A DNA stretch of 64,000 bases from Deltaproteobacteria bacterium (GCA_029262475.1 JAJCZG010000019.1:5789-69788), one strand, 5' to 3'; positions 46,086 to 54,653 are shown, counted from the stretch's first letter. Translations and numbers: made by a program. The notes: generated by a model not told the origin, from the letters alone.

Positions 46086-47030
46086 ATGGCAATGAAACTA
46101 AGAGAGCTTGCCGGTGAGGACGCCGTCGGGCTTATGAAGCTTTCTATATACGCCGGTGAGGACGGCCTCGATAGAGTGCTCACGAACCAGCACATACAGA
46201 AGCCCGGGCTCCTGCTGACCGGTATGCTCGAGGGGCTTCATGAAGACCGGATACAGGTCTTCGGCGCGGCTGAAGTGGGTTACCTTAAGATACTTAACTC
46301 GAATGACCTTACTAGAACCATCGGCCTTATAGACAAAGCGTCGATACCGGCCATTATAGTTACCAGGGGGCTTGAGCCGCCCGATGCCCTTGTGGAGCTA
46401 GCCGGCAGGAAGGCGATGCCGCTCTTTACCACCAAACTCTCTTCATCGGTCTTTATTGAAAGGCTTACGGGTTTTCTCGACGAGTGGTACGCCATGGAGA
46501 CGACCCTTCACGGGGTGCTGGTGGATGTGCTCGGTATCGGTATCCTGATAATGGGCAAGAGCGGGGTCGGAAAGAGCGAGTGCGCCCTCGATCTCATTAT
46601 CAGGGGATATAGGCTCGTCGCCGACGACGCGGTGATCGTCAAGAGGAAGCACCCTTATACGCTATTCGGAGAGGCCTCGGATATCATAAGCTATCATATG
46701 GAGATAAGGGGTCTCGGTATAATAAATATCAAGGATATTTTCGGTATTACGGCCATAAGGAAGAAGAAGCTTATGGACCTGGTCGTCGAACTCGTGGAGT
46801 GGGCCCCTGACGGTGATTATGAGAGGCTTGGCTTCGACGAGATGAAGTACGATATCCTCGGCGTGGAGCTTCCGTACCTGAGGATCCCGATAAGCCCTGG
46901 CAGGAGTGTAGCCACAATAGTGGAGATCGCCGCGAGGAACAGGATACTTAAGATTATGGGCTACGACTCCACAAGGCAGTTCGAGGCCCATTTAAATAAA
47001 GTCATTGCTTCGGAGAGCGGGAAGGAATAA
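46086..47030 (+). CDS. hprK: HPr kinase/phosphorylase
   Basis: GVLVDVLGIGILIMGKSGVGKSECALDLI (P-loop) and HMEIRGLGIINIKDIFG signature. Confidence 0.93.
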   Translation: MAMKLRELAGEDAVGLMKLSIYAGEDGLDRVLTNQHIQKPGLLLTGMLEGLHEDRIQVFGAAEVGYLKILNSNDLTRTIGLIDKASIPAIIVTRGLEPPDALVELAGRKAMPLFTTKLSSSVFIERLTGFLDEWYAMETTLHGVLVDVLGIGILIMGKSGVGKSECALDLIIRGYRLVADDAVIVKRKHPYTLFGEASDIISYHMEIRGLGIINIKDIFGITAIRKKKLMDLVVELVEWAPDGDYERLGFDEMKYDILGVELPYLRIPISPGRSVATIVEIAARNRILKIMGYDSTRQFEAHLNKVIASESGKE

Positions 47031-47032
47031 CA

Positions 47033-47896
47033 TTGGAGAAGGTACGTCTTGTCGTCCTAAGCGGCCCGTCCGGGGCCGGGAAGAGCACATCCATGAAGGT
47101 GATGGAGGATCTCGGCTTCTACTGCGTCGACAATATGCCCGTAGCGCTTCTTCCGAACTTTCTGGAGATCCTCGACGCCTCAAGCGAGATAACAAAGGCG
47201 GCCACCGTGATAGATGTCAGGGAGGGCTCTTTTTTAAAAGATTTCCCGGCGACATTTTTGAAGCTGAAGGAGGCCGGTTACGGTGCGGAGCTGATATATC
47301 TCGATGCGAATGACGATTCCCTCGTTAAGCGTTTTAGTGAGACGAGAAGACGCCACCCGCTTGCCGAAGCCAAAAGCCCTCTGGAGGGGATCGGCCTCGA
47401 AAGAGAACTCCTTGGCAAGGTAAGGGCGCTCGCCGACAGGGTAATAGATACAACTAGTTATAATGTTCACGATCTTAAGGATTTCCTGAAGGAAAACTTC
47501 GCCTCGCCTCTCATGGGAGAGAAGATGATAGTGAATATCATGAGCTTCGGCTACCGGTACGGCTTACCGACGGAGAGCGACATGGTGATTGACGTGAGGT
47601 TCCTTAAAAACCCGCACTTCGTAGAGGCGCTTAAGCCGCTTTCCGGGCTCGATACGGAAGTAAGTGATTACGTTCTTAAAAGTAAAGAGACCGGGGAGTT
47701 TATGGATAGATTTACGGGTTTTCTTCAGTACCTCATTCCGCTCTACTGGAAGGAGGGAAAGTCGTATCTTTCGATATCTGTAGGGTGTACCGGCGGGCGC
47801 CATAGGTCGGTAGCTATAACGGAGTTCCTTGCAAGCGTTCTCGGAACGGAGAAGGCGGTTATACGTCGCCGTCACAGGGATATTGACAGACTTTGA
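47033..47896 (+). CDS. rapZ: RNase adapter protein RapZ (YhbJ)
   Basis: LVVLSGPSGAGKST, FYCVDNMP, and C-terminal VGCTGGRHRSVAI. TTG start 2 nt after the hprK stop. Confidence 0.92.
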   Translation: MEKVRLVVLSGPSGAGKSTSMKVMEDLGFYCVDNMPVALLPNFLEILDASSEITKAATVIDVREGSFLKDFPATFLKLKEAGYGAELIYLDANDDSLVKRFSETRRRHPLAEAKSPLEGIGLERELLGKVRALADRVIDTTSYNVHDLKDFLKENFASPLMGEKMIVNIMSFGYRYGLPTESDMVIDVRFLKNPHFVEALKPLSGLDTEVSDYVLKSKETGEFMDRFTGFLQYLIPLYWKEGKSYLSISVGCTGGRHRSVAITEFLASVLGTEKAVIRRRHRDIDRL

Positions 47897-47954
47897 TTAT
47901 GATGGAAATTCGTTTCCATTCACACTTCTTTAGAATATTTTAGGGGATAACTTA

Positions 47955-48359
47955 ATGGTTGGAGCGGTCATAATTACGCACGGCTCTTTTGGGGCCGGCC
48001 TTAAGGAAGCGGCGGAGATAATCTCCGGTGAACTCAGTAATATCGAGACTATACCTGTAGAGGACGGCGGCTCTACGGATGAGATAAGCGTGAAGCTAAA
48101 GGCCGCTGTCAGAGCTGTAAACTCCGACGGCGGAATGATAATCTTTACCGATATGTTTGGCGGTACTCCCATGAATATAGCCCTTCCATTTCTTGACGAT
48201 GGAGGGGTGGAGGTTATGACCGGCGTTAATCTTCCTATAATAATCAAGTTCTTAAACTCAAGGGAAGATATGAGTGCTTCCGAGCTCGTGGGGGTGCTCA
48301 AAGAATGCGGGATACAGAGTATAGTGACGGCTAGTGAGATACTCAGTAAGGGGCAGTAA
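47955..48359 (+). CDS. PTS EIIA component, mannose/fructose family
   Basis: VIITHGSFGAGL contains the active-site His, and FTDMFGGTP is present. 134 aa. Confidence 0.85.
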   Translation: MVGAVIITHGSFGAGLKEAAEIISGELSNIETIPVEDGGSTDEISVKLKAAVRAVNSDGGMIIFTDMFGGTPMNIALPFLDDGGVEVMTGVNLPIIIKFLNSREDMSASELVGVLKECGIQSIVTASEILSKGQ

Positions 48360-48476
48360 GACCGGTTTGTGGTAGGGTAGTGTTCCCCGCCTGGCCTCTA
48401 AGCTGGCTTCCACCTGAGACGTCTTTCGTAAGTAAGAATAGCTTTGGCGGTAATAATCTATTTTCGGAGGTATTAA

Positions 48477-48758
48477 TTGGAAGACGATTTTACTTCAAGA
48501 ACCTATATAATTAAGAATAAACTCGGGTTGCACGCAAGGGCTGCTTCCCTTCTGGTAAAAACCTCCTGTCAGTTCAAGGCAGATATATTTCTCTCAAAGG
48601 ACGGTCAGGAGGTTAACGGAAAGAGTATTATGGGGATACTGATACTCGCCGCGGCAAAGGGTACTGAGATTGTAATTAAGGCGAAGGGTGAAGACGCCGA
48701 GTGTGCTCTCGATGCGTTAGGCGACCTTATAGACAGGTATTTCGACGAGGAACAATGA
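48477..48758 (+). CDS. ptsH: phosphocarrier protein HPr/NPr
   Basis: NKLGLHARAAS contains the His-15 site, and NGKSIMGIL the Ser-46-region site. TTG start 8 nt after GGAGG. Confidence 0.9.
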   Translation: MEDDFTSRTYIIKNKLGLHARAASLLVKTSCQFKADIFLSKDGQEVNGKSIMGILILAAAKGTEIVIKAKGEDAECALDALGDLIDRYFDEEQ

Positions 48759-50521
48759 GTTTTAAAAAAGACTCCATACTGATGAAGGGACTAGGCGTCT
48801 CTTCCGGGATAGTGATCGGAACGGTTCACTTATTCGATAGGGGCGAGCTCGAGCCGGTGCAGTACTGCCATCTCGACAGCCGAGCGCTCGACTATGAGAT
48901 CGAAAGGTTCAATAAGGCGCTTACCGAGAGCAAGGATCAGATATTAAGGATCAGGAATAAGCTCGAAGAAGAGGGCGGCCAGGCGAAGGAACATATCCAG
49001 ATCATCGACGCCAATCTCCTCATCTTCGAGGATCAGATGCTCATAGACGATACCATTAAGGTCATCCGCGAAGATAAGATCAACGCGGAGTGGGCTCTGA
49101 AGAAGGTTCTGACCCGTCTGATGGAGCTCTTCGACAATATGGAGGATGAGTATTTCAAGGAGCGAGGCTCCGACATCGAGCAATCGGTAAATAGAATACT
49201 CATAAACCTCATGGGGAAGAAGCATGAGAATATCTCCGAGATCGATGAGCCCTCTATAATCGTCGCCCACGACCTCGGCCCGAGCGATACGGCCCAGATG
49301 GCCAAGGGCAAGGTGCTAGCCTTCCTAACCGACGTAGGCGGGAGGACCTCGCACACCTCGATTATGGCTAGAAGCCTTGAGATACCGGCAGTCGTCGGAC
49401 TTGAGTCTGTAACGCACCAGGTCGAGACGGGAGATACCGTTGTAATCGACGGAACGACCGGCACCGTAATAATAAACCCTTCGGATAAGGTAATAGAGGT
49501 CTATCAGCAGAAGAGGGTTCGCTACGAGCAGTACAATCAGGACCTCCATCGTTACAGGGATCTGCCCGCAGAGACTACGGACGGTAAAATAGTAGAGATC
49601 ATGGGCAATATAGAGATCGTCGATGAGATGGGGTCTCTAATAGATCACGGTGCCGAGGGCATAGGTCTCTACAGAAGCGAGTTCCTATATCTTAACCGCC
49701 GGGAGCTGCCGACGGAAGAAGAACACCTGGAGGCCTACAAAAAAGTCGCCGAGAATATGGACGGCAAACCCGTAATCATCAGGACGCTCGATATCGGCGG
49801 AGACAAACCCCTTCCTTTCCTCGACCTTGACGAGGAGAGTAACCCGGCTATGGGGCTTCGGGCCATAAGGCTCTGCTTCGACAGAGTCGATATATTTAAG
49901 ACTCAACTAAGGGGCATACTTCGCGCTAGCGCCTTCGGCAATATAAAGGTCATGTTCCCGATGATATCAGGCGTTCACGAGCTAAGGCGCGCCAAGAGTA
50001 TCCTGGAAGAGACGAAGGAAGAATTAACGGCCGAGGGTATCGAATATAACCCCGATATGGAGGTCGGAATTATGATAGAGGTGCCGAGCGCCGCCCTTGT
50101 CGCCGATCTTCTGGCCAAGGAGTCGGACTTCTTCTCCATCGGGACCAACGACCTTATTCAGTACACCATCGCCATCGACAGGGTAAACGAGCATGTCGCA
50201 TACCTCTTCGAACCCTCACACCCTGCGATTTTAAGGGTGATAAAGCAGGTCGTAAAGGCCGCTAACGACGCCGGTATAAGCGTCGGTATCTGCGGTGAGA
50301 TGGCGGGTGAGCCTGTATACGCCATCGTATTCCTCGGCCTCGGTATAAAGCATTTGAGCATGAGCGCCGGCTCTCTACTTAAGGTGAAGAAGCTCATCCG
50401 TGAAGTAAGTTACGAAGACGCCAAGGATATCTGCGATACGATAATGACCTTCGATACCGCAAGGGAGATAGAGGAGTTTCTTGCAAGCAGGCTCGCCGGT
50501 ATTTTGAAGGAAGAATATTAG
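48755..50521 (+). CDS. ptsI: phosphoenolpyruvate-protein phosphotransferase (PTS enzyme I)
   Basis: GGRTSHTSIMARSLEIPAVVG contains the phospho-His. GIGLYRSEFLY and SIGTNDLIQYT are present. The ATG at 48755 overlaps the HPr stop as ATGA. The ORF track's upstream extension is unlikely. Confidence 0.95.
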   Translation: MSFKKDSILMKGLGVSSGIVIGTVHLFDRGELEPVQYCHLDSRALDYEIERFNKALTESKDQILRIRNKLEEEGGQAKEHIQIIDANLLIFEDQMLIDDTIKVIREDKINAEWALKKVLTRLMELFDNMEDEYFKERGSDIEQSVNRILINLMGKKHENISEIDEPSIIVAHDLGPSDTAQMAKGKVLAFLTDVGGRTSHTSIMARSLEIPAVVGLESVTHQVETGDTVVIDGTTGTVIINPSDKVIEVYQQKRVRYEQYNQDLHRYRDLPAETTDGKIVEIMGNIEIVDEMGSLIDHGAEGIGLYRSEFLYLNRRELPTEEEHLEAYKKVAENMDGKPVIIRTLDIGGDKPLPFLDLDEESNPAMGLRAIRLCFDRVDIFKTQLRGILRASAFGNIKVMFPMISGVHELRRAKSILEETKEELTAEGIEYNPDMEVGIMIEVPSAALVADLLAKESDFFSIGTNDLIQYTIAIDRVNEHVAYLFEPSHPAILRVIKQVVKAANDAGISVGICGEMAGEPVYAIVFLGLGIKHLSMSAGSLLKVKKLIREVSYEDAKDICDTIMTFDTAREIEEFLASRLAGILKEEY

Positions 50522-50724
50522 CGCATCGCCGGAGGATACCGCTGGGTCGCGGTGCGGGGTCTTTATCTTTCTTAACGGATTACTGCTGAAATAACTTCCG
50601 GGAGAGGTTCCTTGCACATATCACCGAGAAGGCTATATCCCATATTTATTCCGGAGCCTTTTTTAGTTGCTTATCCGGGTGGCGGGTAAGGTGAACGCCA
50701 TCAGTTAGCCGGTTTCTTTGCCCC

Positions 50725-50753
50725 TTGACCGCCTGGCGTGAATGTAGTAAATT
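50725..50753 (+). promoter_or_regulatory. candidate promoter, TTGACC-N17-TAAATT, about 12 nt upstream of tRNA-Gly
   Basis: Hexamers and spacer counted in the sequence. Confidence 0.4.
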
Positions 50754-50764
50754 CTAATTAACCT

Positions 50765-50838
50765 GCGGGCGTAATTCAGTGGCAGAATGGGAGCTTCCCA
50801 AGCTTTCTACGGGGGTTCGATTCCCCTCGCCCGCTCCA
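50765..50838 (+). tRNA. tRNA-Gly (anticodon CCC), with encoded CCA
   Basis: Hand-folded cloverleaf: acceptor gcgggcg/cgcccgc, D-arm attc/gaat, anticodon stem ggagc/gcttt with loop ttCCCaa, T-arm ggggg-ttcgatt-cccct, then discriminator t and cca. Confidence 0.9.
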
Positions 50839-50863
50839 TTCATTTTGTAATAAAATCAATAGG

Positions 50864-51067
50864 TTAACTTTTTGAATTAGGCTTGAATCTGCTTCGCAGG
50901 TGGTTCGTAACGTCCGCCGTCTCAAAGGCCCGGCGTTGGAGCGCTACGGTACGTCTGGCATATTTTTCTGTAGCTCTGGGGTCGGCGTGTCCGAGAACCC
51001 CGGCAATCGCTGCTATAGACACGTCACACCTCTCAATCCTTGTTCTGGAACACCTTTTGCATCTCTT
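50864..51067 (-). pseudogene. tyrosine recombinase/integrase remnant (about the last 55 codons only)
   Basis: The minus-strand frame reads ...CDVSIAAIAGVLGHADPRATEKYARRTVALQRRAFETADVTNHL...*. It contains the LGH-x(5-6)-T-x2-Y catalytic-Tyr box. The frame is closed by a stop 16 codons upstream and has no proper start. It ends 26 nt from tRNA-Gly. Confidence 0.55.
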
Positions 51068-51135
51068 TTACTGTTTCCATGATACTACTATAATGTATTG
51101 ATTATATTAATTGTTCTTTGTATTTGGGATGATCA

Positions 51136-52437
51136 ATGATGACGAAGATAAAGGTAGAAGACCTTCAGAAGGGTATGAGCGTGAAGGCCCTCTCCATTGA
51201 CGGAAAGAAGGCAGATCAGTCCTTTGCCAAACCACGTCGCGTTAACGGCCCCAAGGATATAAAAGATATTTACAGTAAGGGTTACAGGTATGCCCATGTC
51301 GTGATGTTAGAGGAAGCTACAGGCAAAGAAAGCTCCGGAAAGGCCATGGTCGTCGAGACCCTGGGGCGAGAGGTCGGTAAAGGAGAAGGAAGGCTTGAGT
51401 TTGTAGGAGGCTGGGATCTCCCCCCTGAAGACGGTGAGGTAGATGATAGCGACCTCATGGATGCGCAAGAGACAGAGGACGAGCTTGAAGAGCCTCCGGT
51501 CGAGACACCCTTCGCCGAAGAGATAAGATGCGCACAGAAGGTTAAAGAGGAGGCCGCAGACGTAGTTCGTGATTTCATGGAGGATGCGAGGACCGGGAAG
51601 GGGATGGAGACCGGGAAGGCTAAAGAGGTCGTCGGTAATATGATTGAGAGTGTCTTTAGGAACCAGGACGCCCTTCTGAGCCTCGCAAGGCTTAAAAACT
51701 ATGATAATTATACCTTTGGCCACTGCGTAAACGTCTCTATCTTATCCCTTGCGCTCGGCAGGTATCTCGGTCTCTCGAAGAGTGAATTGTACCTGCTCGG
51801 CACCGGAGCGCTTCTTCACGATACGGGAAAGATGCTTGTGCCGGATAAAATCTTAAACAAACCCGCCAAACTTACCCTGGATGAATTCGAAGAGATAAAA
51901 AAGCATGTCACCTACTCCATGGAGCTTCTCTCGAAGAGCGGTAATATAGACAAGAGATCGGTTAATATAGCCTACCAGCACCATGAGAAGTTTAACGGAA
52001 GCGGCTACCCACTGAGCCTCGCCGGAGAGAAGATCGATTTCTTCGGGCGCATGGTGGCAATCGTAGACGTCTATGACGCCATTACGAGCCAGAGGGTATA
52101 CGAGCCGAATAACAAGATGGCCAACGTCGCCATGAAGATGATATTTAATGTCAAAGGACAGCACTTCGACCCTGACATTGTCGACCCGTTCGTAAAGTGC
52201 CTCGGCATATACCCGGTTGGGAGTTTCGTAGCCTTGAATACCGGAGAGACGGCCCTTGTGAAGTCGGTAAACAGGAAAGATCTCTTAAAACCTACCGTGC
52301 TTGTAATCTACGATATATATAAGCTCAAGCTCAAGGGGCCCTACGAGATCAACCTGAGCCACATACCGTCGGTCAGCATAGAATCCTCTGTGAAATCACC
52401 GATAAGCGAGGAAGAGATAAGCAAGTATCTTGACTGA
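51136..52437 (+). CDS. HD-GYP domain c-di-GMP phosphodiesterase with a DUF3391-like N-terminus and an acidic linker
   Basis: HDTGKMLVP, HHEKFNGSGYPLSL (canonical HD...HHE..GSGYP) and N-terminal KVEDLQKGMSV. Confidence 0.88.
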   Translation: MMTKIKVEDLQKGMSVKALSIDGKKADQSFAKPRRVNGPKDIKDIYSKGYRYAHVVMLEEATGKESSGKAMVVETLGREVGKGEGRLEFVGGWDLPPEDGEVDDSDLMDAQETEDELEEPPVETPFAEEIRCAQKVKEEAADVVRDFMEDARTGKGMETGKAKEVVGNMIESVFRNQDALLSLARLKNYDNYTFGHCVNVSILSLALGRYLGLSKSELYLLGTGALLHDTGKMLVPDKILNKPAKLTLDEFEEIKKHVTYSMELLSKSGNIDKRSVNIAYQHHEKFNGSGYPLSLAGEKIDFFGRMVAIVDVYDAITSQRVYEPNNKMANVAMKMIFNVKGQHFDPDIVDPFVKCLGIYPVGSFVALNTGETALVKSVNRKDLLKPTVLVIYDIYKLKLKGPYEINLSHIPSVSIESSVKSPISEEEISKYLD

Positions 52438-52510
52438 TTTCCCTGTTTAATTACTATGCGCTACTCGAGTGCCGTTCATCTTACGCGCAGCGGTAGTGAA
52501 GATCCAAGCG

Positions 52511-52539
52511 TTGTTATTGCTGGTTTTACAAGTTATAAA
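52511..52539 (+). promoter_or_regulatory. candidate promoter, TTGTTA-N17-TATAAA, for the second HD-GYP gene
   Basis: Hexamers and 17-nt spacer counted in the sequence. Confidence 0.4.
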
Positions 52540-52542
52540 TAA

Positions 52543-52555
52543 TTGAATTATTCAA
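52543..52555. promoter_or_regulatory. perfect 13-bp palindrome, TTGAAT-T-ATTCAA, at the predicted transcription start (operator-like)
   Basis: Read directly from the sequence. It starts 4 nt after the -10 hexamer. Confidence 0.4.
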
Positions 52556-52586
52556 ATTTATTGTCATCTTAACTGGCGAAGGTTTT

Positions 52587-53732
52587 ATGTCAAAGAAGAT
52601 CGATACTTCCTCTACCGACGTCTCTTCCAAGAGCGGTCCTCCTGAGATTATAGGCCGGGCCGTTACTGTTATCGGTGAGGAGATAGACGGCGACGCTCTT
52701 CTCGTTATAGTGGAAGATACGGAGCCGGAGGTCGAAGCACCTGAGGGTGATGCCGCTACTCCTAAAGCCGTCAAGCGCCGTAAAATTGTAATAACCGATT
52801 CTATCGACTTCGGTGACGAGCTTGAAGATGCGCGTTCTATCCAGGATGAGGCAATCCCTGTCATAAAGGATTTTATGTCTCAAGCCTCTAACGGCAGTAT
52901 AGACGACGTAGACGCCGCAAAGGCGATAGTCGAAAAGGTCGTTAGCAGCATCTTCAGGAATCAGGACTCGATGTTAAGCCTCATCAGGGTTAAGAATGAA
53001 GAGCAATACACAATCGGTCACTCGCTAAATGTTGCTGTTATGGCGATTGCAATCGGAAGGCAGATGGGGTTCTCGAAGGAGAAGGTTAAGCTCCTCGGCC
53101 TCTCTGCGATATTCCATGACGTCGGAAGGGTGCTCGTCCCGGAAGCTCTCCTTAAGAAGAGCGGGCCGCTCACGGATGAAGAGTTTTCAGCCGTGAAGAA
53201 GCACACTTCGCTCGGCTCGGAGCTCCTTGGTAAGTGCAGCGCGCTGCCGGAGGAGGTCGCGAAGGTCGCGGCAGAGCACCACGAACGTTATGACGCCAGG
53301 GGTTACGAACTGGGCCTTGAGGGAAGAGATATCGCACTCTTCGCCAGGGTCGTCGCAATAGCGGATGTCTACGACGCCGCAACAACTAATCTTCCCTACG
53401 GAGAGACTTTAAAGCAGGCTGATGCTGTGAAATTCATCTATGACCGTGGCGGAAAGCAATTCGATAAGCGTATCCTCGAAAAATTTCTAAAATGCTTAGG
53501 GGTATATCCTATAGGTAGTTTTGTAAGGTTAAGTACCGGACAGGCCGCACTCGTCAGGGGACAGAACAGAAGTAACCTTCTAAGACCTAAGGTGCTCGTC
53601 CTCTTCGATAAGGAGGGTCTCAGATATCACAGGACATTCGACTTCGACCTCCTTCAGGAAGAAGACAAGCATGTCGTCTCCGCCATCGATTCATCCGAGT
53701 TCAAGGTGAATGTAGACGAATATCTTGTCTGA
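52587..53732 (+). CDS. HD-GYP-family protein with a degenerate GYP motif (HHERYDARGYE)
   Basis: HDVGRVLVP is retained. The GYP box reads ...DARGYELGL, with GYE at nt 53301-53309. The N-terminus is acidic and lacks the DUF3391-like block. Confidence 0.85.
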   Translation: MSKKIDTSSTDVSSKSGPPEIIGRAVTVIGEEIDGDALLVIVEDTEPEVEAPEGDAATPKAVKRRKIVITDSIDFGDELEDARSIQDEAIPVIKDFMSQASNGSIDDVDAAKAIVEKVVSSIFRNQDSMLSLIRVKNEEQYTIGHSLNVAVMAIAIGRQMGFSKEKVKLLGLSAIFHDVGRVLVPEALLKKSGPLTDEEFSAVKKHTSLGSELLGKCSALPEEVAKVAAEHHERYDARGYELGLEGRDIALFARVVAIADVYDAATTNLPYGETLKQADAVKFIYDRGGKQFDKRILEKFLKCLGVYPIGSFVRLSTGQAALVRGQNRSNLLRPKVLVLFDKEGLRYHRTFDFDLLQEEDKHVVSAIDSSEFKVNVDEYLV

Positions 53733-53822
53733 AGACAATACGCCGTACTATCATTGGCGTTACTAGCGCGCTCCGTTGCAACCGGACTTGGAACGGATTC
53801 TTTACGCGCCTTAACTGGCAAA

Positions 53823-53851
53823 TTGACAAGCCGTGCCACAATATGTAAAAT
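53823..53851 (+). promoter_or_regulatory. strong sigma-70-like promoter, TTGACA-N17-TAAAAT
   Basis: Perfect -35 hexamer and exact 17-nt spacer. It lies upstream of the lipoprotein gene. Confidence 0.55.
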
Positions 53852-53857
53852 ATAGAC

Positions 53858-53899
53858 TGGCATGAAATCCACCGGTAGTCTCACGCGTGTTTCATGCCA
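53858..53899 (+). other. 10-bp perfect inverted repeat, tggcatgaaa...tttcatgcca, forming a 5'-terminal stem-loop on the predicted transcript
   Basis: Read directly from the sequence. The loop is 22 nt. The structure begins at the predicted +1 and ends 16 nt before the RBS AAAGGAGAG. Confidence 0.5.
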
Positions 53900-53929
53900 C
53901 TTCTCACCGCCACAAAGGAGAGATTATAA

Positions 53930-54424
53930 GTGAAAAATATTCGTATTATAATAGCGGTATTTGCCTTCATGATTATCGCGGGATGTTCCCATATAGAGTC
54001 CTATGAGGGCTTTGTGAAGCGCGGGGATAGACTGGCCGAACGTGAGAAATACGCTGAGGCCGCTCAGAACTATAGTTACGCATGGCAGATGGTGGAGAGG
54101 GAAGGGGCGAATAAGCCTGTCAGTTATAGGAGCTCCAAGACTTTTATCCTCCAAAAGCGCGCTGACATGCGAGAAAAGCTCGGCGATGAGAAGGGTGTTG
54201 CCGATGACAGGAAGCTCGCCACCTACATCAAGACTAAGAACTACCATTACGAGAGAAATTATAAACGGCTTATGGAGAAGCTCACGGAGCAGGGCCTTTC
54301 GAGCTGCGGCCCGTTCCCCCTCGAGGAGTGCGTAAATAATCTCATCTTGCACGGCCCCCAGACAATAGAAGTACCCGACGGCTTCCTCTTCATCAACATG
54401 GAGGGTAACGTCTTATGGGAATAA
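53930..54424 (+). CDS. hypothetical lipoprotein
   Basis: GTG start after AAAGGAGAG. Lipobox FMIIAGC. 164 aa. I recognise no family. Confidence 0.6.
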   Translation: MKNIRIIIAVFAFMIIAGCSHIESYEGFVKRGDRLAEREKYAEAAQNYSYAWQMVEREGANKPVSYRSSKTFILQKRADMREKLGDEKGVADDRKLATYIKTKNYHYERNYKRLMEKLTEQGLSSCGPFPLEECVNNLILHGPQTIEVPDGFLFINMEGNVLWE

Positions 54425-54481
54425 CCTAGCCTGCGGGGCGCCAAGGCCTCCGGGATAAATTATATTGAATATAAATAAAGA

Positions 54482-54520
54482 CCCCCCTGTAGTTACAAAC
54501 TACAGGGGGGTTCGTTTTTT
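54482..54520. terminator. bidirectional rho-independent terminator between convergent transcription units
   Basis: 12-bp stem cccccctgtagt/actacagggggg, followed by ttcgTTTTTT on the plus strand and an A-rich tract upstream (a T-tract on the minus strand). Confidence 0.85.
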
Positions 54521-54653
54521 AGTCCTTACGCAAAAAATTAAGTGAAAATAACTATTGGAATTATCTTAAAGTAGCACTAACGCTTGCCGCGTAGAAGAAA
54601 GCCCCGCACTCCTCCGGCGATTAGCTTAGCGTATTAAGAGCAGGCTAGTCTGC

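Noticed and set aside
50883-51101. Two overlapping plus-strand ORFs of 60-72 aa after tRNA-Gly
   Set aside because: They are antisense or out-of-frame shadows of the integrase remnant on the minus strand. They have no RBS and Arg/Ser/Ala-rich junk composition.
53858-53875. TGGCAT at 53858 as a sigma-54 -24 element for the lipoprotein gene
   Set aside because: The expected -12 TTGC/GC element is absent at the correct spacing (the sequence there is ccac). The motif is better explained as one arm of the 10-bp inverted repeat downstream of a near-consensus sigma-70 promoter.
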